NCBI GenBank assembly: GCA_963713605.1
Contig: CAVQMO010000014.1
Coordinates: forward strand, 1-64,000
Direction of reading: 5' to 3'
DNA length: 64,000 nt
Source of the DNA: an uncultured Nitrososphaerales archaeon
GTDB lineage: Archaea; Thermoproteota; Nitrososphaeria; Nitrososphaerales; Nitrososphaeraceae
Made by a program: the position numbers and the translations under genes. This document shows, piece by piece, positions 1 through 11,656 of the stretch; the first letter of the stretch is position 1, and the number at the start of each line of letters is the position of its first letter. The notes below the pieces were generated by a model. The model was given only the letters and a program-made list of their open reading frames with translations. It was not told the DNA's origin and made no database searches.

Positions 1-593
1 ATAGGTACACATCTGGAATGCATACATTCAGTTGGTTCAGGCTGTGATTTTCTTGTCCACTTTGCAAGGTTCTCAAGCAATTGTCCCAAAAACTTTTTCG
101 TATTATCGTCAAGCAGTTTGCCATTTGCATCGAATTTATCCTGTGCGAATGTCACTATAACCAGCGGCTTGTTGATTGGGTACATGTTCAAAAATACACA
201 TGTTTGGCGTAGATGGAACTGGGCGTTGGCACCACCCAACATACCTGGAGATGCACTCATTATTGCAACAGGTTTTCCATCAAATGGATTATCCCCATAT
301 GGTCTTGATGCCCAATCAATAGCATTCTTTAGAACCTGTACTGAAAAGTTGTATTCAGGTGTTGCAATAAGAATAGCATCTGCTTCTCTTATTTTTGTTT
401 TGAACTCTTTTACCTTATCTGGCATATTCTGTTCGATATCCTGATTAAATGGCGGAATACCTTCAAGGTCAAAAATTTCCAACTGCATATCGTCTGATAC
501 CAAATCCGCTGCGGAACGTAGGAGTGCTTTATTGTAAGAGCCTTGCCTTAGACTTCCTGCAAAGCCAAGAACCTTTATCTTGTTTTTGTCCAA
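1..593 (-). CDS. NAD(P)H-dependent FMN reductase (flavodoxin-like), 3' end runs off the window
   Basis: Manual translation from TTG at 593: KVLGFAGSLRQGSYNKALL...IATPEYNFSV.VLKNAIDWASRPY...KPVAIMSASPGMLGG; no stop before position 1, so absent from the ORF track. Confidence 0.9.
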   Translation of the reverse strand, partial: MDKNKIKVLGFAGSLRQGSYNKALLRSAADLVSDDMQLEIFDLEGIPPFNQDIEQNMPDKVKEFKTKIREADAILIATPEYNFSVQVLKNAIDWASRPYGDNPFDGKPVAIMSASPGMLGGANAQFHLRQTCVFLNMYPINKPLVIVTFAQDKFDANGKLLDDNTKKFLGQLLENLAKWTRKSQPEPTECMHSRCVP

Positions 594-707
594 TCTATGT
601 CATCACTATATTGGTAAGTTAGGTATAGGTATAGGTTTATGTGTTTTGTAGTAGATGCTTAAAAAGAGCATATTTCTTAATTACATGCATACGTTGTCTC
701 AATTGGT

Positions 708-1126
708 ATGACTTACCAGTTGGAAGAGCCATTTTTCGAAGATAAAGGAAAGATCACGGCTCAGAAAGAAATTGGCGATAATAAAACACAAATGACATTT
801 TCATCTAATGGGACAATTAAGGAAATATAGAAGTAACAAACTCAGGAGATCTTGTAAGTCTATCTAAAGGTAACAAGGGAACTTCAGCTCAAGGAAAAGG
901 AGTAGTGACTACAAAGGATGGTAGTGAAAAGGCAAATTATACTTTTCTACAAGTAGGAAAGACAACCACTAAAGATGGTAAGCCAGTATTACGTGGAGTT
1001 GGGAGCGCGGTCTGGAGTACAGACTCTACTGGCTAGTTAGCATTTCTTGATAATATGCTATCTTTCTTTATTATCGAAGTAGATGAGAAGGGGAATTTCT
1101 CAAGCAAAGATAGAGAATTGAAGTAA
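708..1126 (+). pseudogene. Disrupted hypothetical beta-rich protein
   Basis: MTYQLEEPFFEDKGKITAQKE..., frameshift near 820-830 and in-frame TAG near 1034; reading continues to TAA 1124-1126. Confidence 0.5.
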
Positions 1127-1311
1127 TAATGTACCTACTACCAATCCCAAATTTTTTCTGAAGGAGTTCCTTCAGCATGTGACGCTGCTAGGAGGCTCTT
1201 GAGTCTAACTATTCGTGTGCTATTTCTATCTGATTCTAACCTCTGGATTTCATTTCAATAACATTTGATCTCCTCCATTGCACTTGTTCAGACTTTGTCT
1301 GCAAGAAGCGA

Positions 1312-1882
1312 TCATTGGATTTTTGGGTACAGCCATCGTCGCAGCAATCTACTCAACAAAGGCATTGCGAAATATGTAAGACCTATGACCAGTATTATAT
1401 TCATAAACAAATTAAAAAGCAATGGTTGCAATCCTAAGAAAGATCTAAGAATAAACGAAGTGAGCAAGTCTGATGCAATATGCTCCAATAAACGCGACTA
1501 TTGCCATTTTCCATTTAGGAGGAGGGACTATAGCTTTCAAGTCAGGTAGAGTAAACCATGTCTCCAAACCAGTCGCCTTCTGTAGGTAAGGAACAGAGTA
1601 TTTGTTTGCTTCTTCTGTTTGTTTGTGCAAGTCTTCTGAATTTTCCCATGCTTCAAGAGAGGCCTTGTCTCTAAATCTGTGAATTATATGTCTCGCACTT
1701 GAATCTGGGCCTGTTTCCATTATCGTTGTTGTTCCTAGGTAACCAGGTACTTTCCTTTGTAATATCAAAAAGCGTTCAAGCCATTCGTCATAATCCTTTT
1801 CACAACCAGGCTTTATTCTTAAATTAACGACTACAGTAACTTCTTTTGAGGCAAGCTCAGTATCTTGGTTTTCTCCACCCAT
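1312..1882 (-). pseudogene. Antibiotic biosynthesis monooxygenase (ABM)-domain membrane protein, frameshifted near 3' end
   Basis: ORF 1445..1882 has ABM-like IKPGCEKDYDEW...PGYLGT...GLETWF...PPPKWKMAIV; the typical C-terminal TM tail ...YFAMPLLSRLLRRWLYPKIQ* is in another frame ending at 1312. Confidence 0.75.
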
Positions 1883-2050
1883 TGTTAGAGTTTAGGGTGG
1901 ATAAGTTAATAATTCTAACCAGATGCCCTTGGTTATTTTTTGGTAAAGTTTTGCTTTGATGCACATTAACCTAATAACTAAGCTAACAAGTATGATGCTG
2001 ACAAGGTAAGATGGCCGAACACTTGTCCGAGTTCACAAATTACTCCTAAT

Positions 2051-2410
2051 TCATTCTCCTGAAGAATTCGGAAATTTGTGCCCGAACATAGGAAGTCCGC
2101 TTTTTGACTGTTCCTGGGTGGCCTCGTCTTGAATTACATCCCAGTGCTCAACCAGAATCCTGTCCGTGATGCGAAGGATGTGAGCTGCAATCCAATTTGC
2201 AGGCTGCTCGAAACCTGAATACCGTCCGTAGACAATTACGAAATCTTCATTGGCCACAATCGTTCCCGGTTCGTACTCGAGTGTCGGCGGGTTGCTCTTG
2301 ATGAGGTTAAAACAGGCCCTCGCGACCAGGGGGTATATGAGCACTGTGTTGAATATATTTAGGCGAGAAATACTGTTCAGCCGCTACATTATGCTCTTGA
2401 TAAAGAGCAT
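2051..2410 (-). pseudogene. SnoaL-like / NTF2 family protein, frameshifted
   Basis: AAEQYFSPKYIQHSAHIPPGREGLF in one frame, continuing as ...GRYSGF...LVEHWDVIQDEAT...SKSGLPMFG in ORF 2051..2344; 5' boundary approximate. Confidence 0.7.
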
Positions 2411-2784
2411 GGTTCATATATTGATTGATTTTTGTTGCAGTTCTGAATTATTCTGACGGGGAAACAAATGCACGTACGCATCGTCGGATACACCAAGAGA
2501 TAGAATATCAGCTTTCGACTAAACGATAATCAAAATGGCCATGATGCTGTATAGAACCCAGATGAATATGCAGACCCCATTCACGATCCCAACGTTAATC
2601 GAGTTACAATGCAATGAGCTCATAATTAATACAATTAACAGAGAACTGACTACCAATGAACCATGTCCTGACGCAAACCCAAGCATGACTATTAGACTAT
2701 AAGCATGTAAGTTGGATCCGCATCCTTATATAGAATGGATAGTAAATCAGGCGGCATGTTTTTCTATACAAGAAAGCGGCGATT

Positions 2785-4428
2785 ATGATTGGTTTATTCA
2801 GTTTTGCTTTACTTGTCCTCAGCAATAATAGCCCCCCAATACTTTTGCATTACTCAGCAGCCAGCGGAGCTCAACAATACAAAAATAGCGGTGATCTAGG
2901 CATAACACACGGTATTGCAAGTGGAGATGTTACAAATGATAGCGCAGTGATATGGTCTCGTGCTAATGGGGAAGCAGAAATGCATGTGGAGTATGATACC
3001 GATGCTGATTTTTCACACCCCACTTCAGTACAAAGCCTGTTACCTGCCAATCAAACAACAGATTATACAGGGCATGTAAAGCTTAAAGATTTAAGTCCAG
3101 ATGCTCTTTATTATTATCGTGTATGGTTTGTTTCGGCTCATGGGAACAAAACAGAATCTCAAATTTCAGATACTTTGACTGGCTCTTTTAGAACCTCTCC
3201 AAATACTTCAGAATCAGAATCAGAGCGTGTTAGACCTATTAGCTTCGTATTTGCTGCTGATCTTGGAGGACAGAAACATTGTCGTCAAGTCGATAAAGGG
3301 GGTTATTCCATCTTTGAAAAGATGCAAGAAAAATTGCCTGATTTCTTTATTGCAAATGGTGATATGATATATGCCGCCGACCAATGCCCTGTAGAAGGCC
3401 CTACTAGCAACTGGCACAATATTAGAGGGAATTTCTCCGGCATAACTGATCCAGACATCAATTGGACTAATATAGATCAAGTACGCGATGTCTACATAAA
3501 ACATTGGCAGTATAATAGAGCTGATCCGTACCTTCAAAGCTTTCTTCAAAACACTTCAATGTATTCTCAATGGGATGATCATGAAGTAATTAATGACTTT
3601 GGAGCCTTATGGCCATATTGGAATTCTATTAATGAAGATAGAGAGGGCTATCATAACATAGTAAAGGAAGGCAGGGGCGCGTTCTTCAATTACTCGCCTA
3701 TAGATAGGAATCATGATGACATAAATCGAATCTATAGATCATTTAGCTGGGGACCTAATCTTGATCTGATAATTTTGGATGCAAGGTCATATCGAAGTCC
3801 TAACAATTTGGCTGATACAGTCGAAAATAATAAAACGATGCTTGGTATTGAACAGCTGAAATGGTTAGAACAGAGCCTGTCAAATTCTTCAGCAACATGG
3901 AAAGTTATAAGTAGTGATGTTCCTATCTCAGTTCCCACCGGTGCCAATGCTTCAATCTTGGGCAGGGATGGCTGGGCCAATGGAAATGATACAGCAAGCT
4001 TCTCAAATAAAACTGGCTTTGAGAGGGAATTCCATGGACTGTTGAAGTATCTTGATGATAATAATGTTAAGAATATAGTCTTTGTGACCACTGACGTTCA
4101 TTTTCCAGCTAATATAAGATATGAAGTGGATGCCAATAATGATGGAGACAAATTAGTATTCCATGAAATTATCTCTGGTCCCCTTAGTGCGTTTCGGTTT
4201 GGAACTCCAGGAGGTGTGCCCATTCCTCAATTAGATACTACTTTCGAACCTCAGATATTATACGAAGAGGGCGGTATCTTTAACTTCGGTTATATACGAA
4301 TTCAAAGCATGGGAGAAGATGATGATGATGTTAACGATGGTATTGATAAAGTACACCTTGTTTCAGATATAATAGGAGAAGACGGGGTTCCAAGATCAAA
4401 TTCCCATTTGGATATTGCACCCCAATAA
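2785..4428 (+). CDS. phoD: Alkaline phosphatase D (PhoD family), secreted
   Basis: HGIASGDV..SAVIWSR, GDMIYAD, QWDDHEVIND, LDARSYRS, TMLGIEQLKWL, TTDVH motifs; hydrophobic N-terminus. Confidence 0.93.
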   Translation: MIGLFSFALLVLSNNSPPILLHYSAASGAQQYKNSGDLGITHGIASGDVTNDSAVIWSRANGEAEMHVEYDTDADFSHPTSVQSLLPANQTTDYTGHVKLKDLSPDALYYYRVWFVSAHGNKTESQISDTLTGSFRTSPNTSESESERVRPISFVFAADLGGQKHCRQVDKGGYSIFEKMQEKLPDFFIANGDMIYAADQCPVEGPTSNWHNIRGNFSGITDPDINWTNIDQVRDVYIKHWQYNRADPYLQSFLQNTSMYSQWDDHEVINDFGALWPYWNSINEDREGYHNIVKEGRGAFFNYSPIDRNHDDINRIYRSFSWGPNLDLIILDARSYRSPNNLADTVENNKTMLGIEQLKWLEQSLSNSSATWKVISSDVPISVPTGANASILGRDGWANGNDTASFSNKTGFEREFHGLLKYLDDNNVKNIVFVTTDVHFPANIRYEVDANNDGDKLVFHEIISGPLSAFRFGTPGGVPIPQLDTTFEPQILYEEGGIFNFGYIRIQSMGEDDDDVNDGIDKVHLVSDIIGEDGVPRSNSHLDIAPQ

Positions 4429-4541
4429 TTTGCCTATCATTACACCTAAACCCATCACTATGAAAACCATGTAATCAATATTGTTGTTTATCATAAACAA
4501 CGGTGGTGGCGTTTCTGGTGTCATATAGAGCTTTGTAGATG

Positions 4542-4594
4542 AGATATCCCATGGATATCTATACAATATCCTATTATATCCAATAGATATCTAT
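4542..4594. promoter_or_regulatory. Palindromic operator-like sites upstream of the AbrB-like gene
   Basis: AGATATCC-cat-GGATATCT (4542-4560) and perfect palindrome ATAGATATCTAT (4583-4594). Confidence 0.5.
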
Positions 4595-4601
4595 AGGATA
4601 T

Positions 4602-4754
4602 ATGGAGCTTAGACTAAAACTACGGAAGGTAGGCAGCAGTTTTATGATTGCTGTACCTTCACAGGTTGTTAAGGATTTGAAATTGAAGCAAGGAGATAAC
4701 ATGCTTCTTGATGTCAACAATTCTACAATAACAATAAGAAAAGAAAGCCAATAG
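4602..4754 (+). CDS. AbrB/MazE/SpoVT family DNA-binding protein (50 aa)
   Basis: Manual translation MELRLKLRKVGSSFMIAVPSQVVKDLKLKQGDNMLLDVNNSTITIRKESQ; below the ORF-track cutoff. Confidence 0.85.
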   Translation: MELRLKLRKVGSSFMIAVPSQVVKDLKLKQGDNMLLDVNNSTITIRKESQ

Positions 4755-4878
4755 CCAAGATGAATTAGATGAATTAGATTAGAAATTATTTCTAAAGTTG
4801 GGCATCTGTTCGCCGCTGATTCTCTAGATACCATATGATTAATTTCATAAAGGCCTCTAGTCCAAGGGCAAACTAAAA

Positions 4879-6816
4879 CTAAAAGTAGACTCCTTTTCCA
4901 TCACTATTATTCTCACACCAGATTCTGCCGCTATGTGCGTCAATGATACTTTTGGAAATATAGAGGCCTAACCCTGTACCTCCCATTTCAGACTTTGAAG
5001 CAAACTTTGTGAATAGTCTAGGTACCATTTCTGGATCAACCCCAGTTCCTGTATCGTTCACAGAGACGATAACAACATTTTTATCAGCCTCTTTATTTCG
5101 TTCAACAGAAATAAGTATATCACCTTTTTCTTCTGTGAACTTTATAGCGTTACCAAGAAGATTGGATATGGCCTGTGATATCCTGCTTTTTTCCCCTACC
5201 ATGTTAATCTCATCCTTGGAGTCGAGTATTATTTTCTTGTCACTTTGTTGCCTTTCAATTTGATTCTTATGTTCCAAAATTATATTTGATACCAAATCAT
5301 TTAAATTGAATCTCTGCATCTTCAAATGTAGAGACTGGCTCTCAATTTTTGTTACATCCAAAATATTTTCGATGAGTTGTTGTAACCTTTCAGCATTTCT
5401 ATTAATGACACACAACAACTCCGGGCGTTCCCAACCTTTTTTCTCGGTGAGCAGGACTTGAGATAGACCCAGTATTGGTTGTACTGGAGTTCGCAATTCA
5501 TGGGCTGCTATATTGATATCGATTACTATTATACCGATCTGAGTCTGTAAACTCTTATCCAAGCCTCTAATCTCTAGTTTTGGCAAGGCCAAATCTAACC
5601 CATTCATTAACTCATCAATTTGTTCCTTATCGGCAGGGACGAGTATCCTTACGCTTATACCATGTTCTAGTACTTCCCTGAACAAATGTAATGCGCCGAT
5701 ACGGACTTGGGAATCCGTTGAAAGATGAATATATTCTTAATACCTCATGCCTTGCTCCTTTAATGAGTTGACGAGAAAATATTACTGCTTTTTCAGGATT
5801 TCTGATGATCTCTATTTTAGGCGATTCAATTCCTTCTTCAATCTCCTTTATTTTTACTGCTGCATCAATACCGTCTTCCCATAATTCTTGGAAAACCGAC
5901 GCAAAATGTTTTAGATACTGAGGTTCGTTACTTAAAAGAAGACTTTGAACTAATTTACCATCCTCCATCTTTTCTATAGTTAGTGCAATTTTCTTGTCTG
6001 AGATAACAAAACTCATCAATGGCAGGTTCTGAATATGTTTTACTTCAATACCGGAATCTAAGTATAGTCTGATAAGGTTAAGATTCTGATCATCTATGCG
6101 AGTAATGTATTTGATACCCTTATGTTCTTCTCGTTTTTGCTTATCTAATAGCTTTTTCTTTATTTCAAAGAAATATTTATGACTATAAATGTATACCACC
6201 TGAAGTAAGACAAGTAACCAGTTCTCTTGAATTGGCAGTGAGATGAGAAATCTCCTTGATGATCTCCTGTGGGTTTTCTATAACGACCGTTTCATACCGT
6301 ATTGCCCCTTCTTTGATCTCTTTTATTCTTTGGTCTGCTGGGAGACTCCTGCTCCAAACAGTCTCAAAAAGATATTGAGCCTGTTCAACAACCTCTTTGA
6401 CATTGCTGTATACTACATTTGAAGCCGGTTTTCCTTCTTCGTGAATTGCCGCAGGTGACACATATTCATTTTCACTAACATAGAAGTTGCCTTTAACGCC
6501 ATCAAAATGACGCAACTCACTTACACTGGACTTTATTATCTCTGCAGTGAGTAATGTTATCATCTGTTATTTCCGTAACAAACCTTATTTTTACACCTCG
6601 CTTTCTTGCCTCATTAAAGGCCATCCTTAGTGCTTCAATGTCATTAAGCAACAAAGGACGGGTTTGGTCTACGCAACCATCAATTCGCCCAGTAGCATTA
6701 TCTATAAAATCTATTACAGTGCTGACTACACGAGAGGGATTATAATATACCTCTGTTTTTTCAGTGCCTCTTCCTTTCATAGCCTTACGATAGCCATTTA
6801 GACAAAATAAGCTCAA
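4879..6816 (-). pseudogene. Cytoplasmic sensor histidine kinase (repeated N-terminal domains + HisKA + HATPase), split into four overlapping ORFs
   Basis: ORFs 6517..6816, 6183..6563, 5627..6199, 4879..5685; INIAAHELRTP H-box, NLLGNAIKF, DTGTG, GGTGLGLYISK; apparent internal deletion at GIIVID|INIAAHE. Confidence 0.85.
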
Positions 6817-7332
6817 CTGCTACTTATGAATTACTAATAAAAGGTGAATAGTAGGCAGCTGTTGCTGATAAGGTTTCTTTGACGAATATCAATTATTGTT
6901 GTGGAAGGTCAACGTTCTGGAATAACGACAATGTTTTTAGAAACTTAGAATTCACCAAGGGATAAGGACTTTATTCCGCTGAACAGAGCTCATCGAATTA
7001 TGTATACGAGAATAATCATAGTAACGATTATCCATATGAATCCAGCTATCATGAATGTTGCACCTATCATTGTTCCTGTCACTCCTTCAGGTTCGGATCG
7101 AGCTCAGCATCGATAGATATGGTTCGAATGGTGTGATGCATGAAATTAGATAATTCACTTACAGTAATTTGCCTGATCAGTTGGATTCTTACCATTTTAG
7201 GTATTATTTGATATCTTATTACGGATTTGGGGTAGTATATATAACTCTTATTTAACATTTCAGAAACTCTACTATATTTCCCCGATATGTTTTTTGATTC
7301 TACAACCAAATTTCGAGACAGCAGTATTACTA

Positions 7333-7494
7333 ATACAACGATATTTCTCAACAATCTATGATACAAGAAAACTTAAGCAAGTTCTCTTCATAACAGCCGT
7401 GATAATCGAATCACCGTCTCTAACAAATAGGTGTGCTGTCATAGATGCGACAAGACTTATTGTAATTGGAATACAGGTGATTATGATTAGATGA
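7333..7494 (+). repeat. Duplicated promoter/leader module, copy 1 (copy 2 at 11657-11821)
   Basis: About 160 bp shared with 11657-11821, near-identical over the central ~105 bp. Confidence 0.92.
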
Positions 7495-7976
7495 CGATAT
7501 ACATAAACGCATTTGAATCTTCATTTGATGAGAGAAGAATAGTAGCTAGAGATTATACCATCGTAGTAATTTTGATGATTCTTGCTGGCTCTTTTGGCTT
7601 CAGTACAATTGTAGCAATTCCCGCAATGTATAGATCTAGCTTTTTTACCAACCCACTATCTTCAGAAGAAGTAGCGCCAGCACTACCAAATATAGATCTG
7701 GGTAGTGTAAATGGTTTTGTAATGAGCTCAGATGACTTGCCAGTAGATGGAGCATCAGTAGCTGTCTACAAACATACGGGATTAATAGATTCAGCAGATA
7801 AGAATCCAGGCTATTCTACTTCTGTTATAACTAAATCCGATGGCGCTTATTCATTTGGTGACTTACCATCAGGTGTATACAAATTTATAGTGACATACCC
7901 AGATAGTACTATCCAAACAATAGATAACTATGCAGTATGGCCCAGCTCGAGTTCTTCATATGTCTTTAAAGAGTAA
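7491..7976 (+). CDS. Membrane-anchored carboxypeptidase-regulatory-like (beta-sandwich) domain protein
   Basis: N-terminal TM; GSVNGFV..DDLPVDGASV...TKSDGAYSFGDLPSGVY; paralog of 9044..9583. Confidence 0.75.
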   Translation: MTIYINAFESSFDERRIVARDYTIVVILMILAGSFGFSTIVAIPAMYRSSFFTNPLSSEEVAPALPNIDLGSVNGFVMSSDDLPVDGASVAVYKHTGLIDSADKNPGYSTSVITKSDGAYSFGDLPSGVYKFIVTYPDSTIQTIDNYAVWPSSSSSYVFKE

Positions 7977-9030
7977 CCGAAAATATACCCATCCATTCAG
8001 GAAAGAAGGAAATATGTCAGTTGTTCTAGTAATAGCCATTATTTTGCTCTCCTCTGCTTGTCTGATTATGCTACATTTACCGTATACAAATACTTACGCA
8101 GATGCTGACAATAGTATGGTAGAAATAGACGCAAAAAAGCCTTTTGCAGGCGCTGACGGCAATATAAAACTGATGGGAGTAGTTCATAACACCGGAGATA
8201 TACCACTAGAAATTAAACTTGGAGCAAATATCACGAATAATTATGGTAATACTATATCAACAACATTAATGGAAGAAACCACTGCTTATAGTAGAGTTCT
8301 TTACCCTTATAGCGTTTCTCCATTCAAGTTTTCGATCAATTCGATAGAACAAGAGAACCAATCTGTGTTAATTGGAAAGCCATTTATTCTTGGGATAGAG
8401 AAGCTATCAACACCTAACTATGATGAATTACTATTTTTGGACTACAATAATATTCCAGTTGGAGAGAATGCTGCTCTTGTTGGAACTGCCAAGAATACAG
8501 GTCCATTCGACCTACATAATGTTACTGTGTACGCATCTGCTCATGATAAGAATATGTCTCAGATAGATTCGGTTAAGAGCAATGTAATTCCAGTTATAGA
8601 ACCCGGTCAAGAAATGGCTTTTACTGCTATTCCAGATCCTGCCATTAAATCTCAGGTAATATATTTTAGCTGTGCAGGTGTTGATATGAATCCTCAGATG
8701 AGTAAATTGGTTGTAAGCGATAATAAATTCGTAAAATATGATCTTGAAGGTCCGGTGGCGATCAGTGATTTAAAATATATTAATGCTACTGACAGTATAT
8801 CTTTTGGAGTAAGGCATTATAACCCAGATGGAGGACCGATGGTTATCAAGTTAGCTTATAATGAAAATTCAGCAAATCTAACTCCTGTGTCGATCATACT
8901 AGATGGCAAAAATCTGTTCGATGAGAGATCGCTACCAACGACTGATGGAAAAGTACTAACCATGGATGTTATGATTCCTCCGAAGGATCATGAAATACAG
9001 ATCGACGGGATTAGGAGCTTAATATCATAA
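7930..9030 (+). CDS. Secreted/surface protein with Ig-like (FxLYD-type) repeats; true start probably near 8014
   Basis: Signal-like MSVVLVIAIILL; two G.V.NTG repeats (GVVHNTG, GTAKNTG...V.ASAHD...VIEPGQEMAF). Confidence 0.7.
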   Translation: MQYGPARVLHMSLKSNRKYTHPFRKEGNMSVVLVIAIILLSSACLIMLHLPYTNTYADADNSMVEIDAKKPFAGADGNIKLMGVVHNTGDIPLEIKLGANITNNYGNTISTTLMEETTAYSRVLYPYSVSPFKFSINSIEQENQSVLIGKPFILGIEKLSTPNYDELLFLDYNNIPVGENAALVGTAKNTGPFDLHNVTVYASAHDKNMSQIDSVKSNVIPVIEPGQEMAFTAIPDPAIKSQVIYFSCAGVDMNPQMSKLVVSDNKFVKYDLEGPVAISDLKYINATDSISFGVRHYNPDGGPMVIKLAYNENSANLTPVSIILDGKNLFDERSLPTTDGKVLTMDVMIPPKDHEIQIDGIRSLIS

Positions 9031-9043
9031 AAACTCCATCGGT

Positions 9044-9583
9044 ATGGAAGGAGGTAAGACTACTGTGAGCCTGAAGTTACCTAAATTGGACAAGATTAAT
9101 TATTATATTCATATTGATACAGCGACCATATGGTACTCCAAAATAGGGATTGGCAGAACAACACGGAGCCACACATCCCGTACTGATTTTGGTGTTATTG
9201 GAGCAATAACATCAATAATCGTACTCGCCGGATTTGTTGTGAGTGGAATAATGATGCCCAATGACGACAAAGGAGGTACAGCACCAACATTATCAGAATC
9301 GTTAGACATGGGAGAAGTTGAAGGGAAAGTGATTAGTCATAATGGACATTCTGCAATTGGCGCAACAGTTATGGCATACAAGAGTACCGGATTTTCCACT
9401 TCACTAGAAAAAGACGGTGGATACACTGCAAAATCTTCTGTTTCAATTGACAATACATTCAACTTAGATCTGCCTTCCGGAGTTTATGATCTAATAGTAT
9501 TTTATCATGATGGAACACATGACGTAATTAAGAATTATGCGGTATGGCCGAATACAAGTAGGACAATTGTTTTTAATTATTAA
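9044..9583 (+). CDS. Membrane-anchored carboxypeptidase-regulatory-like domain protein, paralog of 7491..7976
   Basis: TM segment; shared GA.V..YK.TG, LPSGVY..IV.Y.D and NYAVWP motifs. Confidence 0.75.
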   Translation: MEGGKTTVSLKLPKLDKINYYIHIDTATIWYSKIGIGRTTRSHTSRTDFGVIGAITSIIVLAGFVVSGIMMPNDDKGGTAPTLSESLDMGEVEGKVISHNGHSAIGATVMAYKSTGFSTSLEKDGGYTAKSSVSIDNTFNLDLPSGVYDLIVFYHDGTHDVIKNYAVWPNTSRTIVFNY

Positions 9584-9794
9584 CAAAAGTATAGACAATT
9601 AGAGAACTCTTCTGCGGTCTGTATACACCTTGGGCTCTAAAACATTTATTGCTAATCGATTATTGCACCGGTGACGAACGTCGATCCTTTGTACCCATGC
9701 AATGATGGCAGACAGGTAAAAGATTGGAAAGATTGTGACAAAAGTGAAGGCGGCTTCTAATAGAAGACGGCTGCAGCCCATTTGATCCTAGATG

Positions 9795-9908
9795 CTAATG
9801 CCAAAACTGAAGCGATAATCTAAAAGCATCAAATAAATCATAATGTGAAGTAGCATCCTTATCTAGCATTTCTTGTCCATTTTCAACTGCAGTCCTTAAA
9901 GCAGTCAC
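9795..9908 (-). pseudogene. C-terminal relic of a terminase-large-subunit-like protein
   Basis: Manual translation VTALRTAVENGQEMLDKDATSHYDLFDAFRLSLQFWH*; resembles the H-D-D-x-x-D-A nuclease motif; homologous to 25110-25222. Confidence 0.6.
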
Positions 9909-11087
9909 GCTAGGGTTTTACTAGAATTTTTCTCTAGCCGTCTACCTTGTTATTAATCCAAATCCTAAAACCTAAAGTATTAGCAGCCATTAACCCCGCA
10001 AGAAAAGCAGTATAAAGCCTAGGCCTTGGAGCCTATAAATATAGCTCATACTTGTTTCTGATTTGTTCTATTAACTGTTGATTTATTCAAACGATAATTG
10101 AGTAGACTAGTAATAGTTTCAAATGAATGCCATCAATATGTTCAAGGCAACAAAATTTAACATTTGTGTAATCGGAATGATTGTTGGTATAGCCCTTATT
10201 AGTATGCTTCCCTTTATGGGATTAACATGCAGATGGTGTACCGCGGCGGCTAGCCAACTCTGTTAAGCACGGTACTCCCCCTACCCTTTATTAGCAGCCA
10301 TCACCATCATCCTTACTACAATATTTCCATTTGTAGTCTGCTACGTTCATTCTAGTGTTTGATCTAAGAGTAACTGATTCGGATGGAAGAATAGGATATG
10401 TTGCCAGTACTATGCATATATCTAAATGGCTTACCGCTTCTGGTGCAATTTATCTAGTTATCACCTTGATATTCATCTTTTTCCATGCGGATGTGACGGG
10501 GTCTTCCGGCATTGTTAGTCAGGTTCAGAACTTAACAAGACAGCTAAGTTAAGTCACTTTCCAAGTCCAACAAAAATATTCACTTCGGCGAATATTTTGC
10601 AGAAGACTGTCTGCGTCAGTTTTTATCCGACTGTGTCCACACCGGGGATTTACGGACTTGTCAACTTAGTTGACACGCTCGTAGACCCGATGATTACACA
10701 TACCACATCTGGTCTTGCAGAATTTCTTCCAGGGGCCTCTCTATTCATGTTAAACGGCATTGATACAATTAATGTGTTTCAACTATCTAATAAGCTAGGG
10801 TGATTTATCATTATTAATACAAATTAAACAGACTGGGTCGCTCTATTTTTCCTTATCATGATATTATGATATTATATAAAAATAAGTTATGCGATGATCT
10901 TAATACTACTGTTAATCTCTGTAGGTTCATGGTTGACGAGTTAACACTAATTCCAAAAGCCTTTCCGTACCGATCATTTATTTCGTTCGGAAACTTCATC
11001 AACCTATTTCTGCTACTCTGGCTTATTGGATCGACCTTTTCCATGCAGAGCATTGGATATAACCTTTGTGCTTGCAGATACACTGTA

Positions 11088-11146
11088 TCACAAGCGATAT
11101 CTTGATACTTTTACGCTCAGGACTTCGTTGCTCTCTAACTAGTAAC
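11088..11146 (-). repeat. Dispersed ~60-bp ACTAGT-bounded element, copy A
   Basis: Aligns with 33768-33823 and the reverse complement of 42610-42669. Confidence 0.8.
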
Positions 11147-11656
11147 GTCAATCCATATAAGCATCTCGACCCTCATTTGAACCAGAGCCATCAATTTCAT
11201 CCATGAACACTTTTACAAATGCTGGGCTACTTACTACTACTCTACGCTCATTTGCAACTGTTCCACTGTCATTAGTCATTACTTGTTCTTAAGTACATCA
11301 TCGATGTTTATGAATGGGTTGAAAGAATAGCAAATAAGATATGAGATATCACATAAGACAGCACATAAGATATGTGATGATCGAGTAGTCGCATAATACT
11401 GAATGGAAAATATACTGCTATTATCGTCGAATCTAATGATGTTGGTGCTTTGGCTTGGTTAGACTATCGAGCGACATCTAAATTATATTCCATCTAAGTT
11501 GAAGCCAATTTTTCGGAAAATTCAGGACGATATAAATTTGGAAAGATCGTAATAGTAGATCAGATTGACAGATATGTAATACTTATAGTATCTATTTCTA
11601 TAGCAATCAGTTATTGAGCCAAAATAATTAACAATCTTAAAGACTACAACTTCAAC

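Noticed and set aside
118..444. Plus-strand 108-aa ORF
   Set aside because: Antisense shadow of the FMN reductase; the same applies to most ORFs overlapping well-supported genes on the opposite strand (e.g. 3220, 3732, 13894, 23778, 37798, 50367, 57891)
2756..2788. Out-of-frame MFFYTRKRRL upstream of phoD as a Tat signal
   Set aside because: More simply explained by a one-base loss in a T run giving an ordinary basic N-region; cannot be resolved without reads
4574..4834. Minus-strand 86-aa ORF
   Set aside because: Antisense to the AbrB-like gene at 4602..4754
10100..11083. Short ORFs 10355, 10597, 10856, 10866
   Set aside because: No coherent homology; probably decayed fragments (one PKD-like VFDLRVTDSDG stretch)
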